64,000 nt of DNA from Betaproteobacteria bacterium UBA5216. GTDB lineage: Bacteria; Pseudomonadota; Gammaproteobacteria; Burkholderiales; SG8-41. How positions within the stretch are numbered: the stretch's first letter is position 1; each line of letters opens with the position of its first letter. A program made the translations under genes and the position numbers. A model generated the notes under the pieces. The model saw only the letters and a program-made list of their open reading frames with translations, was not told where the DNA came from and searched no databases. The stretch spans positions 2,419-66,418 of the forward strand of contig DHVE01000054.1 in assembly GCA_002412495.1 (NCBI GenBank). Direction: 5' to 3'. Below are positions 9,714 through 18,280 of this stretch, in pieces.

Positions 9714-9743
9714 GACACAGATTAACGCGGATGAACGCAGATT
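9714..9743. repeat. left 30-bp inverted repeat of the GxxExxY cassette
   Basis: gacacagattaacgcggatgaacgcagatt. The reverse complement of 10110-10139 is gacacagatttacgcagatgaacgcagatt, matching at 28/30. Confidence 0.85.
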
Positions 9744-10111
9744 TAGACATTAACAAGGTGACCGAGTTGGTCATCGGATGCGCTTATCGGGTTGGAAGTG
9801 CATTGGGCTCGGGCTTTCTTGAAAAAGTATATGAGAATGCGTTGATTGTTGAATTACGCAAAGCAAACATGCCGTTTAGCCAACAACACGCCATGAAGGT
9901 TATGTACTCTGGTGAAGTGGTAGGCGACTATATTGCCGATATCCTTGTGGCTGGCTATGTGATCGTCGAAATCAAGGCGTTACATCGTATTGAGAAGATT
10001 CACATGGCCCAATGTCTGAATTATCTAAGGGCATTAAATTTGCGGATCGGTTTGCTGATCAATTTCGGTGCGCCGAGTGTAGAAATCAAACGTATCGTCA
10101 ACGGACTTTAA
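9731..10111 (+). CDS. GxxExxY family protein (PD-(D/E)XK nuclease-like fold)
   Basis: Literal G-FL-E-KV-Y motif (GFLEKVYENAL), then D...E-I-K (ADILVAGYVIVEIKA) and a C-terminal LINFG motif, as in the GxxExxY/PDDEXK_3 family as I recall it. Confidence 0.8.
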   Translation: MNADLDINKVTELVIGCAYRVGSALGSGFLEKVYENALIVELRKANMPFSQQHAMKVMYSGEVVGDYIADILVAGYVIVEIKALHRIEKIHMAQCLNYLRALNLRIGLLINFGAPSVEIKRIVNGL

Positions 10112-10139
10112 TCTGCGTTCATCTGCGTAAATCTGTGTC
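10110..10139. repeat. right 30-bp inverted repeat of the GxxExxY cassette
   Basis: aatctgcgttcatctgcgtaaatctgtgtc. See the left repeat. Confidence 0.85.
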
Positions 10140-10146
10140 GAAGAAT

Positions 10147-11203
10147 TTGACCTTACATCGTTTTCTCCTTTACGCATCCATTGCAATAGCAATGATCGCG
10201 CTGCCGTTTGTAATCGACGCGACTCTGGGCCGTGCATGGGTGCGTATCATCGACGTGGCGTTGCTGTTCGTGATGCTGGCGCTGGGCTTGAACATTGTTG
10301 TCGGTTACGCCGGCCTGCTTGACTTGGGGTACATCGCGTTTTTTGCCGTGGGTGCGTATTGTTATGCGTTGCTCGCGTCGCCGCAGTTTGGCATACACGC
10401 GTCATTTCTGGTGTTGCTGCCATTGGGCGCGATGGTGGCTGCGGTGTTTGGCGTGATTCTGGGCGCGCCTACGTTGAAATTGCGCGGTGACTATCTCGCC
10501 ATTGTGACGTTGGGTTTCGGCGAGATCATCCGCATTTTTTTGAACAACCTGAATCGCCCGGTGAATATCACCAACGGGCCGCAGGGCATCACGCTGATCG
10601 ACCCCTTGCAAGCGGCTGGCTTTTCTCTTTCAAAAACATATACTTACGGCGGGTTCGTGATTGCGCCCGTGCATCTGTATTACTTCGTGTTTCTGGCGTG
10701 CGCGCTGCTGACGATTTTTATTTCGCAGCGCCTGGAAAATTCGCGCATCGGCCGCGCGTGGGTGGCGATACGCGAAGACGAACTGGCCGCCAGCGCGATG
10801 GGCATCAACACGCGCAACGTCAAGCTGCTGGCGTTTGCGATGGGCGCAACGTTCGGCGGCGTGGCCGGCGGCTTGTTCGCGTCGTTTCAGGGTTTCATCA
10901 GCCCGGAGAGTTTTACGCTGCTCGATTCGGTGATGGTGTTGTGCATGGTGGTGCTGGGCGGCATGGGCAATGTGCGCGGCGTGGTGCTGGGCGCAATTTT
11001 GCTCACGGCATTGCCCGAGGCCTTGCGCTACATCGGGCCGCTGCAACAGCAATGGCTGGGACGCGTATTCATTGACCCTTCCGACTTGCGCATGTTGTTG
11101 TTTGGCCTCGCACTGGTGCTAATGATGTTGTTCCGCCCGGCGGGCTTGTGGCCTTCCAAAACGCGCCGGCGCGAGCTGTTGATTAACGCTACGGAGAAAG
11201 CTG

Positions 11204-11211
<8 letters not shown>
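10147..11211 (+). CDS. livM: branched-chain amino acid ABC transporter permease
   Basis: ALLFVMLALGLNIVVGYAGLLDLGYIAFFAVGAY and the downstream membrane segments are LivM-like. The start is uncertain (TTG 10147 or ATG 10192). The track start at 10012 reads through the GxxExxY gene and the right repeat and is rejected. Confidence 0.85.
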
Positions 11212-11966
<755 letters not shown>

Positions 11967-11974
<8 letters not shown>

Positions 11975-12683
11975 CGCGCTGCTTCATGTCGAGGGCCTCA
12001 AGGTGGCTTACGGTGGCATCTATGCCGTCAAAGGCATCGATCTCGACGTGCGCGCGGGCGAAATGGTGGCCCTGATCGGCGCCAACGGCGCGGGCAAGAC
12101 CACCACGTTAAAAGCGCTGTCCGGCCTGTTGATGCCTGCCGCAGGCAGCGTGCGTTACGACGGACACGACATAACGGGAATGCCTGCGTTTGAGCTGGTG
12201 CGGCGCGGCCTGGCACTCGTGCCCGAGGGCCGCGGGGTGTTTGCGCGCCTCACCGTCGAAGAAAATCTCGCGATGGGCGCTTACATTCGTAATGACAAGG
12301 CAGCGATTGCCGCGGATTGCGAACGTGCCTATGCCACGTTTCCGCGGCTCGCCGAACGCCGCGCGCAACTCGCCGGCACGCTCTCCGGCGGCGAGCAGCA
12401 AATGCTCGCCATCGCGCGTGCGTTGATGTGCAAGCCGCGCTTGCTGCTGCTGGATGAGCCGAGCATGGGTTTGGCGCCGATTGTGGTGCAGAAAATTTTT
12501 GAAACCATCCGTACGGTTGCGCGCGAGGGCGTTACGCTACTGTTGATCGAACAAAACGCGCGCCTGGCGCTGCAAACCTGTGATCGCGGTTATGTGATGG
12601 AAAGTGGGTTGATTACGTTAAGCGGCGAAGCGAAAGCGCTGCTCGATAACGCGGACGTGCGGCGTGCCTATCTAGGCGAATAA
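11967..12683 (+). CDS. livF: branched-chain amino acid ABC transporter ATP-binding protein
   Basis: Walker A ALIGANGAGKTT, LSGGEQQMLAIARAL, LLLLDEPSMGLAP. TTG start with GGGAG 6 nt upstream, overlapping the livG stop. Confidence 0.9.
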
Positions 12684-12724
12684 CGGCGCCTTCACCCGGC
12701 GCGTGTATCGGGTGCGCGCCTGCA

Positions 12725-14128
12725 CTACAGATATTTATCCCACAGCAGATTTCTTAGCCGGTTACCCGGATCAACGCGCGCCTTCAGCGCGGCGAAGGCG
12801 CGGGCTTGCGGGTAGGCGCGGTCAAATTGTTCGCGCGTCGCGTGCAGACGATACGGCAGGTAGTAGCGCCCGCCCAGTTCCAATGCCGCATCGATCAGCT
12901 TCCGGGTCCAGACACCCACGGCATCGCTGGCCGAGGGTTGCGTGCCCTGTTTGTAATAAAGCACAAACGTAAACATTTCCACCGGCGCCCACGCCATCAA
13001 CGACACCGTATCCGCCGGCGAGTGACGGATCGACACATTCAGCGCATTGACCTGATGCGCCTTCAGGATACCGGCCATCCGCTGCGTGAACGGCACGAGG
13101 TTTGCCACCGGCACAAAGTATTCCTGCAACAGGTAGGTGGATTGGCGGCGCGAGCGGGGCTCCAGTGACGCCGCGTCCTGACTGGCCTCGTAGTTTCGCC
13201 AAGTCACGGCTTTTTTCAGCAACAGGGCGCGGTCGATCACGCTCTCGCGCAAATGACTGCCGCCGGGCAGTTCCGTGAGCGCCCAAATCGCATTTTTTTC
13301 GAGGTTGTAGTCGAGACCGCGCGGCACCAGCCGGGCTTTTTCCGTCAGCGGTTGTTCGGAAGTAATCCAACTGATCGCGCGCGGCGACGCAAAGTGTGGC
13401 GGCGTCAAATCCGCGTTATGCAAGACCATGTTCTTGTTGGTCAGAATCTTGTCGCGGAAAAACGCGGGATATTGTTCCAGCGCCACGTTCTCCACCACGC
13501 GTTCGATTCTAGAATTGGCATCGAGCGCGAGTTCCACTTCCGTGATGATTCCCAGCCCGCCATAACCCCCGGCTACCGCGCGAAACAGTTCCGGCTCTCG
13601 CGTGCGCGATAACTCCAGCACGTCGCCGCCGGCGGTCACCATTTGCATGGCCTGCACGGCATTCACCAGCGGCCCCTGACCCACGTAGCGTCCATGCACA
13701 TTCACGGACACCGAGCCGCCCACCGTAAAGTTGGCGTAGCTCTGCATGATTTTCACCGACAAATCGCGCGGGTCGATAACCTCCTGCAGATCGCGCCAGG
13801 TCATGCCTGCCTGCACGCGTATGCTGCGTCGCGCCGCGTCGAAAGACACCACCTGATTCATCGCGCGCATGTCCAGATGCAGTGAACCGGCGGCGGCAAT
13901 CTGCCCGCCCATGCTGTAGCGGCCGCCGCCTACCGATACCGAACCGCGCCACGCCCGCAACGCAGTGCGAATGTCATCGGCGGAACGCGGCTTGCGTTCG
14001 TCCGCGACGATGACCGGGTTCAGTTGCGTCACGTCGTTGATGGTTTTGCCGCTGGTCGCACCGAGCACGGGGGCGAGTGGGGAGACGCCTGCGATGGCGG
14101 CAAGTTCGAGAAAACGGCGGCGGTGCAT
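12725..14128 (-). CDS. FAD-binding (PCMH-type) oxidoreductase with twin-arginine signal
   Basis: MHRRRFLELAAIAGVSPLAPVLG is a Tat-type leader. An FAD-binding region (GGGRYSMGGQ...) and a C-terminal YYLPYRLHATREQF...DPGNRLRNLLWDKY are typical of FAD-linked oxidases. ATG at 14126-14128. Confidence 0.8.
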   Translation of the reverse strand: MHRRRFLELAAIAGVSPLAPVLGATSGKTINDVTQLNPVIVADERKPRSADDIRTALRAWRGSVSVGGGRYSMGGQIAAAGSLHLDMRAMNQVVSFDAARRSIRVQAGMTWRDLQEVIDPRDLSVKIMQSYANFTVGGSVSVNVHGRYVGQGPLVNAVQAMQMVTAGGDVLELSRTREPELFRAVAGGYGGLGIITEVELALDANSRIERVVENVALEQYPAFFRDKILTNKNMVLHNADLTPPHFASPRAISWITSEQPLTEKARLVPRGLDYNLEKNAIWALTELPGGSHLRESVIDRALLLKKAVTWRNYEASQDAASLEPRSRRQSTYLLQEYFVPVANLVPFTQRMAGILKAHQVNALNVSIRHSPADTVSLMAWAPVEMFTFVLYYKQGTQPSASDAVGVWTRKLIDAALELGGRYYLPYRLHATREQFDRAYPQARAFAALKARVDPGNRLRNLLWDKYL

Positions 14129-14266
14129 GGAGGCTTTTCTGGCCAAGCGCAAAATTTAACGGCTGCGTGAGCAACACGTCTATTTTAACCATGCGCCGAA
14201 CCCGAATTCCAACCCGTGCCGCTACTGACGGAAGTCGCGGGATGTATCCGGTATGATGACGCCACG

Positions 14267-15232
14267 ATGAACAAACGCCAGCGTTTTATGGCCGCCGTAC
14301 GCGGCGAACCGGTCGATTACCCGCCCACGGTGGCGTGGTGCAATTTCGCCACCGATGCGATCGATGGCGCCGAGAACGCGCGCCGCCAGTTGGCGTTTCA
14401 CGCGCTGTGCGATTGGGACATCTGCAAGGTAATGAACGACTATCGGCTGATTCCGCCGGCCGGCATCGAAACCATAACGACGCCCGCCGACATGCGACGC
14501 TTCGTGAAGCAGTCCATGAGCGAACGCATTTACGCCGAGCAGCTCACGTGTTTGCGCATCATGCGCGACCGGCTTGATCCCGAAGTGCCGCTGATCGATA
14601 CGCTGTTCGAACCGTTTTTTTCGCTGCTGTTCGCGGTCGGCTTCTCCAAGGCGCCGCTGATCCGCAGCCACCCGGACGCGGCGGCCGGCATGCTGAATGC
14701 GCTTACCGATACCTTTATCGATTATCTCGCGGAGATTCGCAAAATCCCGGTGGACGGCGTGCTCTACGCCACCAATGCCTGCATCCTTGCCCCGTCGTCG
14801 CGCGGCATCAGTGACGACGAATTTCACCAGTTTCACGAGCCGTACGACCGGCGTTTGCTCAATGCCATGGCGGGCCTCACGCGCATCGTGCATGCGCACG
14901 GCAATCCGCTGGATTTGCGGCGCATACTGGATTATCCCTGCGAGGTGTTGAGTTGGTCTGACCGGCTGGCGGGAAACCCCTCCATCGCCGCATTACGCAA
15001 ACTCACCGGCAAGTGTTTGATGGGCGGCATCGACGAAACCAAGCTGCACGAACGCGCGCTGCCGGAAATCCGCGCCGAAGTGGCCGATGCGCTGGCGCAG
15101 GCCGGCGGTACACGCAACTTCATCCTCGCACCCGGTTGCAATGTCGCGCCAGGCATCGCGCTGCGCGCCCTGCATTGTTTTCGCGATGCCGCACGCGCGT
15201 CAACGGCGTCAGCGGCTTCAGCAAAAGGGTAA
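14267..15232 (+). CDS. uroporphyrinogen decarboxylase (URO-D) family protein, paralog of unknown function
   Basis: MNKRQRFMAAVRGEPVDYPP (URO-D-type N-terminus) and C-terminal NFILAPGCNVAPG. Clearly distinct from the genuine hemE at 61804. Confidence 0.6.
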   Translation: MNKRQRFMAAVRGEPVDYPPTVAWCNFATDAIDGAENARRQLAFHALCDWDICKVMNDYRLIPPAGIETITTPADMRRFVKQSMSERIYAEQLTCLRIMRDRLDPEVPLIDTLFEPFFSLLFAVGFSKAPLIRSHPDAAAGMLNALTDTFIDYLAEIRKIPVDGVLYATNACILAPSSRGISDDEFHQFHEPYDRRLLNAMAGLTRIVHAHGNPLDLRRILDYPCEVLSWSDRLAGNPSIAALRKLTGKCLMGGIDETKLHERALPEIRAEVADALAQAGGTRNFILAPGCNVAPGIALRALHCFRDAARASTASAASAKG

Positions 15233-15238
15233 GGCGCC

Positions 15239-16501
15239 ATGTCCCGGCACGTTGTCGTTATCGGTGCGGGCGTGGTGGGCGCGGCGAGCGCTATCGAAGC
15301 CTTGCAAGACGGGCATCGCGTCACGCTCGTTGACCCCGCGGAACCCGGTGGCGAAGCGGCGGCAAGTTACGGTAATGCCGGCTGGCTGTCTTCGCACTCG
15401 GTGTTGCCGCCGACCGAGCCGGGGCTGTGGAAAAAAGTGCCGCGCTTTCTGCTCAACCCGCTGGGACCGTTGACCATCCGCTGGGCCTATCTCCCGCGGG
15501 CGGCGCCGTGGCTGTTGCGTTATCTCGCCGCCGGATGGACGACCGCGCGCGTCGAGACCACGGCCCGCGCGCTGCGCGCCTTGCTGGAAGATGCGCCGCG
15601 CCTGCATCAGGCGCTCGCGGAAAAAGCCGGCGTTACGCAGCTCATAGAACGGCGCGGCGTGTTGCACATCTATCCGTCGCGCGCGAATTTTGAAGCGGAG
15701 GCCAACGCCTGGCGCATACGGCGCATGATGGGCGTGCAGTGGGAGGAGCTGAACGCTGACGCATTGCATCAGCGCGAGCCCGACTTGCATGCGCGCTACC
15801 AGTTTGGCATTGCCGTGGACGAGGCCGGCAGTTGCCGCGACCCCGGCGCTTACGTCGCGGCGCTGGTTGCTCATGCGCAGGCGCGGGGCGCGCAACTCGT
15901 GCGCGACCAGGCGAATGGGTTTCGCATCGAGGGCGGACGATTGAAAGCGGTCACAACGGGCGGCGGCGACATCCCTTGTGACGCTGCCGTGATCGCCGCC
16001 GGCGTGCGTTCAAAATTGCTCGCGGCGCGGGCGGGCGACCGTGTGCCGCTGGGCGCCGAGCGCGGCTACCACGCCGTGATCGATCAGCCCGAAGCCGGGC
16101 CGCGCACGGCGATGATGGCGTCTGACTGCAAGGCCGTCGCCACACCCACCTCGACCGGATTGCGTATCGCCGGACAAGTGGAAATTGCGGCAGTGGATGC
16201 CGCGCCGAACTGGCGCCGTGCGGAGATATTGCGTGATCATCTGCTCAGTCTGTTCCCGCGGCTGCCGCGTGACATTCCGGCGCATCGCCTGCGTTACTGG
16301 ATGGGTTGCCGCCCCAGCATGCCGGACGGCTTGCCGTGCATCGGGTATGCAAACGCAAGCCGCGATATTATTCATGCGTTCGGCCACGGGCATATTGGCT
16401 TGGGAGGCGCGGCGCGCACGGCGCGTGTGGTCGCGCAACTGCTGTCTGATCGCGCGCCGGAAATTCCACTGGGGCCCTATGCCCCGGGACGCTTTGCCTG
16501 A
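15239..16501 (+). CDS. FAD-dependent oxidoreductase, D-amino-acid dehydrogenase (DadA)-like
   Basis: VVVIGAGVVGAASAIEALQDGHRVTLVD dinucleotide-binding motif, SYGNAGWLS, and C-terminal GHGHIGLGGAA, all DAO/DadA-family features. Starts 6 nt after the upstream stop, with RBS AAGG. Confidence 0.85.
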   Translation: MSRHVVVIGAGVVGAASAIEALQDGHRVTLVDPAEPGGEAAASYGNAGWLSSHSVLPPTEPGLWKKVPRFLLNPLGPLTIRWAYLPRAAPWLLRYLAAGWTTARVETTARALRALLEDAPRLHQALAEKAGVTQLIERRGVLHIYPSRANFEAEANAWRIRRMMGVQWEELNADALHQREPDLHARYQFGIAVDEAGSCRDPGAYVAALVAHAQARGAQLVRDQANGFRIEGGRLKAVTTGGGDIPCDAAVIAAGVRSKLLAARAGDRVPLGAERGYHAVIDQPEAGPRTAMMASDCKAVATPTSTGLRIAGQVEIAAVDAAPNWRRAEILRDHLLSLFPRLPRDIPAHRLRYWMGCRPSMPDGLPCIGYANASRDIIHAFGHGHIGLGGAARTARVVAQLLSDRAPEIPLGPYAPGRFA

Positions 16502-16528
16502 TAGGTTCGCCGCAAGGAGCACTGCCAG

Positions 16529-17266
16529 ATGGTCTCTTCAGCATCACCCAATATTGCGCGCGGCGGAAAGGCTGTTTACGGCGCGCCGCTCGGCATACTC
16601 ATGCTGGAAGCGCGCTTTCCGCGCATCCCCGGCGACATGGGCAACGCCACTACCTGGCCGTTTCCGGTGTTGTATCGCGTGGTGCGCGGCGCGAGTCCGG
16701 AAAAGGTCGTGCTGCACGGCGCGCGCGGATTGCTGCCGGATTTTCTCGATGCAGCGAAAGATCTGGTTCGCCTTGGCGCCGAAGCGATCACCACCAATTG
16801 CGGATTCCTGTCACTGTTTCAAAATGAACTTGCGGCGGCGGCGGGCGTGCCAGTGGCCACGTCATCGATGATGCAGGTACGCTGGGTGCAGGCTACCCTG
16901 CCGCCGGGAAAACGTGTCGGCATCGTCACGGTGAGCGGTTCGACACTGACGCCGGCGCATCTGGAATCAGCAGGCGTGCCGCTCGATACGCCTTATGTCG
17001 GCACCGAAAACGGTCGCGAGTTTTTTCGCGTGCTGATCAAGGCCGAGAAGGACGACATGGATATCGATATGGCACGGCAGGATATTGTGGATGCCGGCAG
17101 AACGCTGGTGGCCCGGCATCCCGACATCGGCGCCATCGTACTTGAATGCACCAATATGCCGCCCTATGCCGCCGCCTTGCGCGAGGCCGTTGGATTGCCG
17201 GTCTATGATATTTATTCGATGATCAACTGGTTTCACGCAGGCTTGCGTCCGCGTCGGTTCGATTGA
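16529..17266 (+). CDS. Asp/Glu/hydantoin racemase-family protein
   Basis: GILMLEARFPRIPGDMGNATTWPFPVLYRVV...AITTNCGFLSLFQ...ECTNMPPY resembles the aspartate/glutamate racemase-like family. Two conserved Cys contexts (TNCGF, ECTNM). RBS AAGGAG. Confidence 0.65.
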   Translation: MVSSASPNIARGGKAVYGAPLGILMLEARFPRIPGDMGNATTWPFPVLYRVVRGASPEKVVLHGARGLLPDFLDAAKDLVRLGAEAITTNCGFLSLFQNELAAAAGVPVATSSMMQVRWVQATLPPGKRVGIVTVSGSTLTPAHLESAGVPLDTPYVGTENGREFFRVLIKAEKDDMDIDMARQDIVDAGRTLVARHPDIGAIVLECTNMPPYAAALREAVGLPVYDIYSMINWFHAGLRPRRFD

Positions 17267-17275
17267 TATAACACA

Positions 17276-18238
17276 ATGATTATAAACAATATTTTTAGGC
17301 CCTTCTGGTGGGGCTTGTTGTTTGCAACCGCAGCCCACGGGGCGTATCCCGAGAAACCGGTTCGCATCATCGTGCCGTTTCCGCCCGGCGGCAGCGCGGA
17401 TATTCTGGCGCGCACGCTCGGCAACAAACTGCACCCGGTATTACGCCAGGTATTTATTGTCGATAACCGCGCGGGCGCGGCGGGCAATATCGGCACGGAC
17501 CTCGTCGCAAAATCCAAACCCGATGGCTACACCCTGCTGGTGGGCCTGATGAACACGCACGTGGTGAATCAGGCGTTTAATGCCAACCTGCCATTCAAGG
17601 GCGTGGATGATTTCACGCCGGTGGCGAATCTGGCGGCTGTCGTCACCACCATGGCGATACATCCTTCGGTGCCGGTCAGCAATGTCAAACAGTTCATCGC
17701 CTTCGCCAAGGCCAATCCCGGCAAGCTGGCGTACGCAACCGCCGGCAGCGGCTCATCCAATCATCTGTGCGCCGCCGTGTTCGAGAAGATGGCGGGATTG
17801 CGCATGCTGCACATACCCTACAAGGGTGGCGCGCCCGCGACGCTCGATACCGTGACCGGTCAGGCGCAAGTGATTTTCACCGCCGCCACGCAGACGCTGC
17901 CGCACGTGAAAACCGGGCGTCTTAAATTACTGGGCGTTACGCGCGGTCAGCGGGTTTCGCTGTTGCCCGATGTGCCCGCCATTGCCGAGACGCTGCCAGG
18001 ATACGACATCGTGGTGTGGTTCGGCCTGTTCGGTCCGGCCGGCATGCCGAAAGACATCACCGCGCGGCTCAATACCGAAGTTAATCGTGTGATGAATACG
18101 CCGGAGACCAAAAAAACCATGGAAGACATGGGCGTCGAGGTGTACAACGCAACGCCGGAGCAGTTTCTCGACACGCTTCGCAAGGAAACGGCTTACTGGA
18201 ACAAGGCGGTGCGCGAGTACAGTCTCAAAGTGGATTGA
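17276..18238 (+). CDS. Bug-family (TctC-like) tripartite tricarboxylate transporter substrate-binding protein
   Basis: AYPEKPVRIIVPFPPGGSADILAR...YKGGAPATLD...LKLLGVTRGQRVSLLPDVPA is the Bug family hallmark. No tctA/tctB membrane genes are nearby. Confidence 0.85.
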   Translation: MIINNIFRPFWWGLLFATAAHGAYPEKPVRIIVPFPPGGSADILARTLGNKLHPVLRQVFIVDNRAGAAGNIGTDLVAKSKPDGYTLLVGLMNTHVVNQAFNANLPFKGVDDFTPVANLAAVVTTMAIHPSVPVSNVKQFIAFAKANPGKLAYATAGSGSSNHLCAAVFEKMAGLRMLHIPYKGGAPATLDTVTGQAQVIFTAATQTLPHVKTGRLKLLGVTRGQRVSLLPDVPAIAETLPGYDIVVWFGLFGPAGMPKDITARLNTEVNRVMNTPETKKTMEDMGVEVYNATPEQFLDTLRKETAYWNKAVREYSLKVD

Positions 18239-18280
18239 GCGCGCGACCGCAAATAATTGATTAACCACATAAAGACGTTC

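Larger units (their letters stand above)
9714..10139 (+). mobile_element. IR-bounded GxxExxY gene cassette inserted in the livH-livM junction (mobility not demonstrated)
   Basis: 426-bp unit delimited by the 28/30 inverted repeats, with a lower-GC interior (one 60-nt line hand-counted at 47% G+C). The gene's start and stop codons lie inside or against the repeats. No transposase present. Confidence 0.5.

Noticed and set aside
10012-10146. Upstream extension of livM offered by the ORF track (MSELSKGIKFADRF...LICVHLRKSV)
   Set aside because: It overlaps the 3' end of the GxxExxY gene in another frame and translates the right inverted repeat. It is not LivM-like.
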